Of a stretch of DNA of 30,951 nt, positions 16,219-25,442 are shown piece after piece. Below the pieces are notes generated by a model. The model had not been told where the DNA came from, made no database searches, and saw only the letters and a program-made list of their open reading frames with translations. The stretch spans positions 1 through 30,951 of the IMG/VR virus record IMGVR_UViG_3300025637_000005; one strand, written 5' to 3'. A program made the position numbers and the translations under genes. Within the stretch, counting starts at the first letter, position 1; the number at the start of each line of letters is the position of its first letter. This stretch comes from a virus (taxonomy: Duplodnaviria > Caudoviricetes).

Positions 16219-18345
16219 ATGGCCAAAGATTTAGCCAAAATCAATTTAAAGCTAACCGCTGAAAATGAAGTTCTGATCAAGAAGCTTGAACAATCTCAGA
16301 AGAAGATTGGCAAGTTTACTAAAAAGAGCGGCAGCAAATTAAAAAAGCTTGGCGGTTTATTTAAGTCTTTAGGCAAAGGCATTACGATTGGTACAGGTGC
16401 GGCTGGCATTGCCTTGGCTGCTTTGACTGTCAAAACAATGCAAACAACTGATGCCCTTGGCAAGACATCTGACAAGCTTGGAGTAATGCCCGCAAAGCTT
16501 CAGGCAATGCAAAGAGCGGCACAGCTCACAGGTGTAAGCATAGACACTACAAACATGGCCCTTCAGCGTATGGTTCGCAGGGTTCAAGAAGCCAGCCTTG
16601 GTACAGGTGAGGCCAAGGGAGCGATTGCCCAGCTTGGACTAGAAGCCAAGGAACTTGCAGAACTTCCAGTTGATGAACAATTCAAGCGCATTGCAGATGC
16701 TATGGGCGATGTCAGCGAAAGCGGCGAAAAAGTCAGACTAGCCATGAAGCTGTTTGATTCTGAAGGTGTTGCACTGGTCAACACTTTAGCCCTTGGCAGC
16801 GCAGGTCTTGAAAAGATTGAAGCTGACATGGACGCCTTCGGTTTGTCACTCACCCGCCTTGAGATTTCAAGGGTAGAACAAGCCAATGATGCTTTCTTGC
16901 TTGCGCGTGAAAACGTCAAATCATTTGCCCAATCATTTGTTGTTGAACTTGCACCAGCGGTCAAATTGATTTCTGATAAATTCAGTGACTATGCAAAAGA
17001 GCAAGGTGGTTTTGGCAAGATTGCTGAAATTCTTTTTACAAAGCTTTTGGGTTTTGCTAAGTTCGTTATTGTTAAATTTTTAGAAATGCGAATTGCATTT
17101 AAGAAATTTACACTTGGCGCAATCAATGGCAGTGTATCAATACTACAAAGCTTTTCTTCTATCACCAAATCCGCGCAAGAATTCATTGATAAAATAACCA
17201 ATGCACCCGGCAAGCTTGAAGACCTAGAAAACAAACTTGTTTCTATAGAAAGAAAGAAAGGCATCTTTTCTCTTTTAGGTTTTGGCGAAGGTTCTGAATC
17301 TGCTGCATTCTTCAACCAACAACTTGAAGATACAAAAACACAAATTGCATCAATTGGTGAAAGCGGAGCAGTATCTTCTAGCATTGACACACTTATCACA
17401 AACCTGCAAGCATTGGGATTGGAAGCAAATACAGCTTTAACAGAAGCTATGCTTACACCTGTGACGGATGAATCTATTCAATTGATGATTGATCAGGTTC
17501 GCGCCAAGATGGATGCGATTGCCCTTGCAGCGGCAGAAGCGGCGGTTGGTGAGAAAGACCCAGCGCCAACAGCGGAAGGTGAAGGCGAAGGCGGCGAAGA
17601 AAAGGCTGGAAAAGAACTTGGCTTGCTAGACACGCTACTTGCAAACAAGTTCAGCATTAAAGAGTTCTGGAAAAATGGAGACAAAGAACTAGAAGCACAG
17701 CATGGTCAAGAAGTGCTTGACATGAACACTAGACATCAGGAAGAACTTTCAAAAATCACTGATGCTGGCGAAAAGGAAAGGCTGAAGAAAAAACAACTTG
17801 CAGAAAAAAATGAATTAAAAAATACTCAGAACTCACAAAAATCAGAAAGAGATAAAACAAAAGCTTTCTTCAAAAATGGATTGAATGAACTGGCCAAGAA
17901 CAGCCGCGCAGCTTTCAGCATTAAGAAGGCAATGGATATATCAGCGGCGGTTACTGACACTTATGCAGCGGCGATAGGTGCCTATAAATCTGTGGTTAGC
18001 ATTCCTATAGTTGGGCCAGCACTGGCCCCAATTGCGGCTGGCGCGGCGGTAGCAATGGGTGCAATGCAAGTTAAAGCAATCAAGGCTAGAAAGTTTAGCG
18101 GCGGCGGCGGAGTATCGGCGGGAAGCGCACCATCAGGCCCATCAGTATCAGCGGCATCAGCACCAGCGGAACCTGAACTAGCTGCACCTGATCTTGACTT
18201 TGAAGAAACAGCAACACCATTCAGACAGGAAGTTACAGTAACAGCATCAGACCCTTTCACGCCATCTGTCATCAGGGACTTCATCGAGAAACTACGCGAA
18301 GAAGATATTGCAGTGAACTACGATGTTAACTTTGTGGGTGGGTAG
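16219..18345 (+). CDS. tape measure protein
   Basis: 708 aa, helical and Ala/Lys-rich; C-terminal hydrophobic IPIVGPALAPIAAGAA; position. Confidence 0.92.
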   Translation: MAKDLAKINLKLTAENEVLIKKLEQSQKKIGKFTKKSGSKLKKLGGLFKSLGKGITIGTGAAGIALAALTVKTMQTTDALGKTSDKLGVMPAKLQAMQRAAQLTGVSIDTTNMALQRMVRRVQEASLGTGEAKGAIAQLGLEAKELAELPVDEQFKRIADAMGDVSESGEKVRLAMKLFDSEGVALVNTLALGSAGLEKIEADMDAFGLSLTRLEISRVEQANDAFLLARENVKSFAQSFVVELAPAVKLISDKFSDYAKEQGGFGKIAEILFTKLLGFAKFVIVKFLEMRIAFKKFTLGAINGSVSILQSFSSITKSAQEFIDKITNAPGKLEDLENKLVSIERKKGIFSLLGFGEGSESAAFFNQQLEDTKTQIASIGESGAVSSSIDTLITNLQALGLEANTALTEAMLTPVTDESIQLMIDQVRAKMDAIALAAAEAAVGEKDPAPTAEGEGEGGEEKAGKELGLLDTLLANKFSIKEFWKNGDKELEAQHGQEVLDMNTRHQEELSKITDAGEKERLKKKQLAEKNELKNTQNSQKSERDKTKAFFKNGLNELAKNSRAAFSIKKAMDISAAVTDTYAAAIGAYKSVVSIPIVGPALAPIAAGAAVAMGAMQVKAIKARKFSGGGGVSAGSAPSGPSVSAASAPAEPELAAPDLDFEETATPFRQEVTVTASDPFTPSVIRDFIEKLREEDIAVNYDVNFVGG

Positions 18346-19227
18346 ATGAGCACTTACTTATTACATAACGACCAATATGCAAACGGAAATCTTTCTATTA
18401 ATAATTTAACAACCGGTTCAGGAAGTCTTGCATCTTCAACACGGTTGACGGATTATTTAAAAACAACAGACCCAAGAGAATTTAGCTCAACAGACCTGAT
18501 AATAATATATTCAAGTACTGATCCCGGTCATTTATTGCCTTACCAAGATATTAATGTTTATTATAAAGCAGAGAAAGAAACTACGGTTGATTATGCAGCA
18601 TTTAACAAACATAACTTTTCCTTGCAAGTAAGCTATGGCGGGGTATTGGTCCAAGCTTTAGAATATGTAAAAATAAGTCACGTTTCATCAGGAGTACAAA
18701 CAACACTTGCCACGCATTACCCAACAACAACAGAAAACAAAAATTTTGTTTTAAAATTTAATAAAAAAGTTTTATCTGCAAATGATTTTATTGTTTTTAC
18801 TTATAGGTTAAATAGAACAGATTTCGTCGCCAAAGGCTCAAGACTTTTGCGGCTTTCATATGTTCAAATAGGCAAGTCAACAGAATTGCGCGAACTGGAA
18901 GCACCTTTTAATATTCCTTATGGCAAATCATACAAAACAAAACATCAGCGTTCAGACACGGGGCTTGTTATTGCCACAAGCTCAAAAGTTCTGCCAAGCA
19001 AGATTGATTTAAAATTGAAGAATCAAACAAAAGAATTTATTGACACAAACTTTCAAAACATTGCAGATGATGTATCAAAAAATCCTTTTTTTATCTTTGA
19101 TGATTCGGGAAACTTGCCATTAGTTCCTTTCTGCTGGCTTACTAAAAAAATAAAAAGCCCAAAAATAAATAAAAATCATTTGTATGATATAAGCATCAAC
19201 GCACAGGCTAAAGTATATGTCGACTAG
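18346..19227 (+). CDS. distal tail-like protein, paralogue A
   Basis: Immediately after the tape measure gene; shares motifs with the next gene. Confidence 0.6.
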   Translation: MSTYLLHNDQYANGNLSINNLTTGSGSLASSTRLTDYLKTTDPREFSSTDLIIIYSSTDPGHLLPYQDINVYYKAEKETTVDYAAFNKHNFSLQVSYGGVLVQALEYVKISHVSSGVQTTLATHYPTTTENKNFVLKFNKKVLSANDFIVFTYRLNRTDFVAKGSRLLRLSYVQIGKSTELRELEAPFNIPYGKSYKTKHQRSDTGLVIATSSKVLPSKIDLKLKNQTKEFIDTNFQNIADDVSKNPFFIFDDSGNLPLVPFCWLTKKIKSPKINKNHLYDISINAQAKVYVD

Positions 19228-20044
19228 ATTCTTTTTTAACAGCCTTACGCTTGATAATATTGACAGCATCACAGGCTATAATTATTACGATTCTGGATCC
19301 GGGCTAACACAAGGGACACCAATAAGCGCTAGGCAAATTAAGTCTTTGGTAAATTGGTCCCTTGGTGATATATATAAAACCTTTGACAATGACGGCAGTC
19401 AGTTAAGCGCTGGCGATCAGTATCCAGAATTTACCTTTGAATTTAAAGCGCCCAAATCTACTAGCTGGGTTTCTTTTGGGAACCACAACATATCAACACA
19501 AACAGATGGTTGGGTTATTTCAGTAAGTAATGACGGCGTGACATTTACAGAGGTAAGCAACTCAACAAGCACAAACTTTAACAGTGACTCGGACAGAGTT
19601 TTGTCTGTTGTTTCAGGTGGTAAAAAATATTGGAAAATCCAATTTAAAAATGTACAAGCAAATTTTAAGATTGGTTTGTTTAGTTTCTGCGATGTTGTAT
19701 ACCCACCAACATTATCAGCTTCTTTCTCTTATATTGTTGGCGATATGATTGAGCCTAGAGCAAAAGGAACGTATGGCAAAAACTATCATACCAAACAGTT
19801 TGAACAATCCTTTGATGATTTTAGTATTAACTTAAAAAATCTTAACAAGTCATACGTTGATAATTATGCTGCAAGAATACTTGAAGGGGTAAAATCACCT
19901 TTCATTTTCTATTACAGATATTCAACATCAGGTGAAAATCTGGCTGCTTACTGTTTGCCAGAGGGACAACAAAAAGGCGTTTCAATTAACAATAATCACC
20001 TTTATTCCTTGCCAATTAAAACAAAAGCGAGAAGTTGGTCATGA
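19217..20044 (+). CDS. distal tail-like protein, paralogue B (discoidin/F5-8-like insert)
   Basis: VSNDGVTFTEV...KYWKIQF carbohydrate-binding-like motif; shares motifs with the previous gene. Confidence 0.6.
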   Translation: MSTRFFFNSLTLDNIDSITGYNYYDSGSGLTQGTPISARQIKSLVNWSLGDIYKTFDNDGSQLSAGDQYPEFTFEFKAPKSTSWVSFGNHNISTQTDGWVISVSNDGVTFTEVSNSTSTNFNSDSDRVLSVVSGGKKYWKIQFKNVQANFKIGLFSFCDVVYPPTLSASFSYIVGDMIEPRAKGTYGKNYHTKQFEQSFDDFSINLKNLNKSYVDNYAARILEGVKSPFIFYYRYSTSGENLAAYCLPEGQQKGVSINNNHLYSLPIKTKARSWS

Positions 20045-21813
20045 CAGTACAATCAACACAGTTAGCCGGTTCGGATGTTTTTGCAACGGTAGAGATTCAA
20101 ACGCAATACTGTGACCTTACTTATGGCGCGTCACCTTGCACAGCAAGTTTAAATAATGCAAACGCTTGCTTTAAAACAAGAAATGTTCTAAATGACTGTC
20201 AAGATACCCCAAATTTTAACCCTAGTACCAAGTCTTTTTTCTTTACTGAAGAAGGCAATTCAACAATCATTGATGGTTATCGACCTTTAATAAAAAGCAT
20301 CTCATTTGCACCAAGCAAGCTCCCACCAAGGGGCGGGCTAGCAAACGTATCAAAAGTTAAGTTCACTTTCATTGATGAGCCTGATACTGACCTTGACACT
20401 GATGACAACATTTTGGACAGGTCATACATTGCCCGCGAACAAGGGACATTTTGGGGGAAGTTCAAGGCAAGAAATTCTTTTCTTCAAGGTCAAATTATAA
20501 AATATACCGTAACCTTTCTTGATTCAGATGGCGGCTTTAACACCCTCACTAACAGATGGCAAATTGAATCTGTGTCCTGGGCAAATAAAAATGGCGAAGT
20601 AACAATTATTGCAAAGGATCCTTTAAATTTAACTGATGCTTTGAATGCGAAATGCCCACCAGTTTCAAGAGTAAAGCTATATAGCGCCCTAGCTAGCGGT
20701 AATCATACACTAGCAGTTGATCAGGTTGTGGGTTTGAAATCACCTGATCAATATACTTATTTCAGAATCAATGATGAAATAATTCTTGTTGATGGTGCAA
20801 CGCTTGCACCTGTTGGCGACCATTTTGAAGTTAATATTGTCAGCCCACATGGTCGGGGGGCATTGGGAACAGCGCAAGCTTCTCATGATGCTGGCGCAGT
20901 TGTTCAAGAAGTTGCAAGGTTTGATGCTTTATCAATTAACGCAACGCTTTTAAAAATCCTTAATAATTATAGTGAATTGCGCCCTGATGATCTTGACTCG
21001 ATTAATTGGGCTGCTGAGATAGCTTCTTGGAGAGCATCTAATCTTTTAACAAATTACATTTCACAACCAACAGACATCAAAACTTTAATTTCTGAAATCT
21101 GTGATCAAAATCAAATAATGATTTGGTATGATGCACGAGTTGCAAAAATAAAATTAAAAGCTGTTGCGCCAGAACTTGGAACATTAAAAAGCTATAATGA
21201 TGAAAATGACATATGGGATTTGCAAGTCAAAGAAGATGACACGTTGAGATTAAACTCTTGTTCCATGTATTTCACGCCGCGATCATGGATTGGTGGAAGC
21301 AAGTCATCTGACTTTGAAAATATCGCCGTGTCAATCGACACTTTATATTATGATCTTTATGGATCACCAAAAGAAAGAAATTTATATTCAAAATGGATTA
21401 CATCAAGCGCAGTAGCATTATCGACAACAGGCGTTCTAATCAATAGGTTTAGAGCCTCACCCTTTAGAATAACTTTTAAGATGTCTTACGATAATTTCGC
21501 ATCAAGCAGGTTAAACACAGGCGACAATTTTAGACTAACAAGCAGCCAATTTCAAAACCCAACAGGCGCGGCTTACACGCCTGAGTTCATTTGTATTTCT
21601 ACTAAGTATGACAAGGACATGAACCTGAATGTTGAGGCAGTAGCTTATTCTTACTTTTCTGGCAATAATGCAGCAATCGGTGCAACGTCTTTCGATGGTC
21701 AAAACTACAGCACCTATATTGCAGCGAACCCGGACAATGGCGGCGTTCTTGCTTGGATTTCACAAGCTGATGGCACCATGGTCAACGGCGATGATTCCTA
21801 TTACATAACATAA
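20041..21813 (+). CDS. tail tip / baseplate hub protein
   Basis: CDLTYGASPCTA...CFKT...CQD Cys cluster, GTFWGKFKARN, FRINDEII...RGALGTAQASH; ATGA-coupled start. Confidence 0.75.
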   Translation: MTVQSTQLAGSDVFATVEIQTQYCDLTYGASPCTASLNNANACFKTRNVLNDCQDTPNFNPSTKSFFFTEEGNSTIIDGYRPLIKSISFAPSKLPPRGGLANVSKVKFTFIDEPDTDLDTDDNILDRSYIAREQGTFWGKFKARNSFLQGQIIKYTVTFLDSDGGFNTLTNRWQIESVSWANKNGEVTIIAKDPLNLTDALNAKCPPVSRVKLYSALASGNHTLAVDQVVGLKSPDQYTYFRINDEIILVDGATLAPVGDHFEVNIVSPHGRGALGTAQASHDAGAVVQEVARFDALSINATLLKILNNYSELRPDDLDSINWAAEIASWRASNLLTNYISQPTDIKTLISEICDQNQIMIWYDARVAKIKLKAVAPELGTLKSYNDENDIWDLQVKEDDTLRLNSCSMYFTPRSWIGGSKSSDFENIAVSIDTLYYDLYGSPKERNLYSKWITSSAVALSTTGVLINRFRASPFRITFKMSYDNFASSRLNTGDNFRLTSSQFQNPTGAAYTPEFICISTKYDKDMNLNVEAVAYSYFSGNNAAIGATSFDGQNYSTYIAANPDNGGVLAWISQADGTMVNGDDSYYIT

Positions 21814-21825
21814 CAGGCAAACAAC

Positions 21826-22470
21826 ATGACAAGCTTTGTAGATTTAGCGGGAGCAACTGGGCCAGATGCACCATTCACTGAGACAGTCGCCACGGCGCTT
21901 GATAGGAATCTGTTTGCAGCAATGGAAGGCGATGCAACTGCTATTGCGGCGGGTGTTAGATTATCAAATACAGCCATTGCTGACGGCGGTATCTCAGGCA
22001 GGGCATTAGCTGGCGGATTTGCAACCACTTCATCAACTCAGCTTTTTGATTATTTCAGAATTAATGGCAGCCGTTCATTTCAATCATCTTCAAACGATGT
22101 CACAACAGAAGAAAGCTTTATTGCTAAGGCTGGCGTTTACAGAATTAAACTGACTGCAAACCCATTCGCATCAGCTTCTTCAAGTTCCTTGGCTTGCGGT
22201 TTGAATATCAATGGGACTTTGGTTGCTCAGACAGCAAGCACAAGCGGCACAACGCCACGGGTTCTTGATGCAGTGTATGCAATCGCAGCAAACAGCACGG
22301 TATCAATAACAAGTCTGAGAAAGGGCGGCGCATCAGCAACCGCTTTGAACCATGAGTGCATTGCCCAAGTTTATACAAATGAAATCTTTTCTGAGCCTCA
22401 ACGCTCGATGTCATGGGGATATAATTACAACACATCCGCCAGATACGTTATAACATTTAGGACAATATAG
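21826..22470 (+). CDS. putative receptor-binding/tail spike protein, paralogue 1
   Basis: N-terminal TALDRNLFAAMEGDATA anchor; KAGVYRI jelly-roll-like head. Confidence 0.7.
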   Translation: MTSFVDLAGATGPDAPFTETVATALDRNLFAAMEGDATAIAAGVRLSNTAIADGGISGRALAGGFATTSSTQLFDYFRINGSRSFQSSSNDVTTEESFIAKAGVYRIKLTANPFASASSSSLACGLNINGTLVAQTASTSGTTPRVLDAVYAIAANSTVSITSLRKGGASATALNHECIAQVYTNEIFSEPQRSMSWGYNYNTSARYVITFRTI

Positions 22471-22471
22471 A

Positions 22472-23188
22472 ATGGCAACCTTCACAGACCTTTCACAATC
22501 GACACAAGCGGGCGACCCTGTTGTATCAACGCTGACTTCAGGATTAGACCGAAATCAAATAGCAGCCTTTGAGGGCGACCCTACAGCCACGGTGTTGATC
22601 CAAGCCCAGAATGATGCATTCACACCAGCATCAATCACAAGTCAAAAACTAGGCGCTTTCGCTTCTGGTTCTTCTTTGGCGGGTGTTGAATCAATAAGGC
22701 TTGCAGGTGATTGGGGTTTATTAAATAGCGGCGTTTCTCCACAGCCAAGAAATATAAACAGAAAGATTTTGAAGGCTGGAGCATATAGATTTATTGGTGC
22801 TTTAAGATTTACATCTCAAGGCGGTGGTTCAACATTGGGAACTTCATTTATCCAATTAACTTCAAACATAAACGGCATTTCAATTTCAAGCGACAAAGCA
22901 TCAACCTTAAACACTTGGGTTTATATTGATGAATTAATTCAAGTTGCTGCGGGCGAAACGCTTACTTTAACTGGCAGAGATGGTGATTATGATTCAACCA
23001 GTCAGCCACAGTTTGAAATGAATTTTAAATTGTTCACAGATGACCCAAGCTTTGAAGCACTTAAAACAGTTGGTTGGTCTTTTGATAGACATAGGGAAAT
23101 ATTGTTTCTTGGAAATAGCTACCTGCAAACACCAACAATGAAGCACATTGATTGGACATCAACACCTTATCCGGGGAACATATCTTGA
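22472..23188 (+). CDS. putative receptor-binding/tail spike protein, paralogue 2
   Basis: SGLDRNQIAAFEGDPTA anchor; KAGAYRF head. Confidence 0.7.
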   Translation: MATFTDLSQSTQAGDPVVSTLTSGLDRNQIAAFEGDPTATVLIQAQNDAFTPASITSQKLGAFASGSSLAGVESIRLAGDWGLLNSGVSPQPRNINRKILKAGAYRFIGALRFTSQGGGSTLGTSFIQLTSNINGISISSDKASTLNTWVYIDELIQVAAGETLTLTGRDGDYDSTSQPQFEMNFKLFTDDPSFEALKTVGWSFDRHREILFLGNSYLQTPTMKHIDWTSTPYPGNIS

Positions 23189-23973
23189 CAACTTATACAA
23201 ACATACAAGCCAACACGCAAGCATCTGAACCTTTGACCACAACGGTTGTGACGGCGCTTGACCGTAATCTTTACGCATTGTTTGAAGGTGATTCAACGGC
23301 CACACCATTTGCACAATTGCAAGAACCAGCAATTCAAACAGCGGCAATCAACCCAGCTAAGTTTGCACCAGTGACAGCACCAACATCAACATCAACTGGA
23401 GTTTTCACAAACGCAGCTTTTTATGATGCTTTGGGATTGCAATCTGATAGAACTTCAAGCAGCACGTCAACCTTTGTTACGGTATCAAAAAGCATAAAGA
23501 GAGCAGGGGATTATACTTTTTATTGCAGTAGTTTATTTAGACAATTTGGAACAAGCAACAATTATATTGTTAAAACTGAATTTATAGTTGACGGCGTGAT
23601 TAGATTCACACACAACTTTATTCAAGCAGCTATTCAGAAAGATCAGGTTACACTGTCATTGACAGGCGGCGAAGAGTATTTCATTAAAAACTATTATGTT
23701 TCAGGTTCAACAGGTGCTTCTGCAAGAACTGAAGTTTTCAACCAATGCTTAGTAATGATTAATCAAAACAGTTCAATGAATGACGTTGAACTTGATAGGG
23801 GTTTAAATAATTACTTTGAAAGCAATGGAACAAGGGATTTGCGTTTGTCTTACACAAATCAAGATGCAAACGATCTTACTAGAGGTGGCTTGTTTGGTGC
23901 GGTTTCTTATTGGATATTTTACTTAACACCAACTATTAATGAATCAACAACAAATTCTGTTTTTGAATCTTAA
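23185..23973 (+). CDS. putative receptor-binding/tail spike protein, paralogue 3
   Basis: TTG start (TTGA overlap, RBS GGGGA) aligns with the Met of the other two; TALDRNLYALFEGDSTA anchor; RAGDYTF head. Confidence 0.7.
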   Translation: MTTYTNIQANTQASEPLTTTVVTALDRNLYALFEGDSTATPFAQLQEPAIQTAAINPAKFAPVTAPTSTSTGVFTNAAFYDALGLQSDRTSSSTSTFVTVSKSIKRAGDYTFYCSSLFRQFGTSNNYIVKTEFIVDGVIRFTHNFIQAAIQKDQVTLSLTGGEEYFIKNYYVSGSTGASARTEVFNQCLVMINQNSSMNDVELDRGLNNYFESNGTRDLRLSYTNQDANDLTRGGLFGAVSYWIFYLTPTINESTTNSVFES

Positions 23974-23976
23974 ATG

Positions 23977-24044
23977 ATGCCCTGTGTTTGCTGCATACTG
24001 ATCAAGGGGTTGCACAGTTTACAGCTTGCACAGGGCGTTTTATT
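23977..24044. terminator. long hairpin at the convergence of the two arms
   Basis: ATGCCCTGTG/CACAGGGCGT outer stem with inner stems; T tract follows on the plus strand. Confidence 0.6.
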
Positions 24045-24308
24045 CTACCAAGGCAAATCTTCATCGTCATTGCTTATAGCTGCTGGCGCGGCAGCTTGGG
24101 GCTTAGGCGCTGATTGTTCATCCTTTGGCTGAATGCTAAACGACAGCACAGGCGCTTTGGGGTTTGCATCTGGTTTCTTCTTCCAAGCACTAAGCCAGAA
24201 TTCCTTACCGTCCACATTGATTGAACCCTTCAAATCTGGATGGCGTTCACTATCCTTCTTATCGTTTACCCAGACCTGACCACGGTTCGTATTATCATAA
24301 TTTGACAT
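24045..24308 (-). CDS. small single-stranded DNA-binding-like protein
   Basis: NDKKDSERHPDLKGSINVDGKEFWLSAW core and acidic tail DDEDLPW; downstream of the ERF gene. Confidence 0.75.
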   Translation of the reverse strand: MSNYDNTNRGQVWVNDKKDSERHPDLKGSINVDGKEFWLSAWKKKPDANPKAPVLSFSIQPKDEQSAPKPQAAAPAAISNDDEDLPW

Positions 24309-24310
24309 TT

Positions 24311-24574
24311 TCACTTTTCCTTTTTGGTTTCATTTGATGGATTTTTTAAATCTGCATCATTCATTTGAGAGCCTATTTTATACATCACAAACAGATACCA
24401 CAACAGCCCCACGACATAAAGAACAATAATATTATAAGCGCCTAAAACCCAGCACTGATATATCAATATTGTATAAGCCGCAATTGACAGATGGACCGCA
24501 AGCCTTGACGTATAAAAAACATAAGCAAGCAACGCCAACGCAGTCCCAAAGTATCCAAGCGTTAGAAGGCTCAT
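24311..24574 (-). CDS. small membrane protein (about 3 TM)
   Basis: Hydrophobic first ~65 aa; ATGA coupling to the ERF stop. Confidence 0.65.
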   Translation of the reverse strand: MSLLTLGYFGTALALLAYVFYTSRLAVHLSIAAYTILIYQCWVLGAYNIIVLYVVGLLWYLFVMYKIGSQMNDADLKNPSNETKKEK

Positions 24575-25221
24575 GACAGGCCCACCTTTAGAAGATGGCG
24601 CTCTCGTGTTGTGAAGCATCCGCCCTTGCTTGGTGCCAGCCACAGGGCTTGCTGTTCGTCCTCAGACAGTTCTGAAAAGCATTCTTTGGCAAGGTCAATG
24701 CCCGCTTGCGTTTCTTCTGCAAGATAGGCTTTCATTGCTTCAACTGTTTCTGTGTTGTTGCTTAACACCTGATCACATTCAGCTTTTCGATTATCACCAA
24801 TCGCTTTGACCTTGGTTTGATCAACCTTCAGGCTTGCTGCATTCGCATCGTCATCTGTTTGTGGAATTAAACATACTGCTGATATTGAATATCTTCTTGC
24901 ATAACTGAGCGCACTACCCACAGATTGACTATCAAACTTTGTCAGCGGCAAGAAATACTCACCTTCGATCCACTCACCAGAGGAGTGCATTATTCTGGTT
25001 GTGACTCCAACAGACTTTTCAATCAGGTTTGTGATTGGCATCTGAATCATTGACAACCCATTAGCTGCAAAGGGTTCTTTCATGGCTCGAATACAATCAC
25101 CCAGATCAGCATATGATGACTTGAAAAAAGGGTTGGTGCTTGATTTAACAGCACCACCAATTTGACTTTGAGCAATTGATAAAGCGGTTGCCAACTTAGC
25201 AATTGATTCTGATTGTTTCAT
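24571..25221 (-). CDS. erf: ERF-family single-strand annealing protein
   Basis: NPFFKSSYADL, MHSSGEWI, GSALSYARRYSISA, DDDAN. Confidence 0.92.
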   Translation of the reverse strand: MKQSESIAKLATALSIAQSQIGGAVKSSTNPFFKSSYADLGDCIRAMKEPFAANGLSMIQMPITNLIEKSVGVTTRIMHSSGEWIEGEYFLPLTKFDSQSVGSALSYARRYSISAVCLIPQTDDDANAASLKVDQTKVKAIGDNRKAECDQVLSNNTETVEAMKAYLAEETQAGIDLAKECFSELSEDEQQALWLAPSKGGCFTTRERHLLKVGLS

Positions 25222-25442
25222 TAGTGGGGTTCTCCGTCTTGGGGTTTTGAAACATATAATCTTTCTGTGAACTCAGCATAATTCAAAGCTTGTTCAAGTG
25301 TCATTCCTTCATTCATTCTTTTATTGATTTGATCAATGTCAGTATAACTGCGAACTGTGCTAATTGTCACAAAATTATCAAGCGTTCGCTCTTTTTCAAT
25401 CATATCAACTAGGGCGATGATTGACGTTGAATCATGCTTCAT
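25221..25442 (-). CDS. hypothetical protein
   Basis: 73 aa; TAATG coupling to erf; RMNEGMTLEQAL. Confidence 0.6.
   Translation of the reverse strand: MKHDSTSIIALVDMIEKERTLDNFVTISTVRSYTDIDQINKRMNEGMTLEQALNYAEFTERLYVSKPQDGEPH

Noticed and set aside
16369-18284. Several 60-136 aa antisense ORFs in the tape measure gene (similar ones in terL, portal, capsid)
   Set aside because: Shadow frames from codon bias; Ser/Leu-rich with no domain signal
21826-23973. Shufflon or diversity-generating retroelement acting on the spike genes
   Set aside because: All copies are full-length and co-oriented; no invertase, reverse transcriptase or template/variable repeat pair seen
23991-24030. Hammerhead-like CTGATCA in the convergence hairpin
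   Set aside because: Does not match CUGANGA and has no GAAA core or three-way junction
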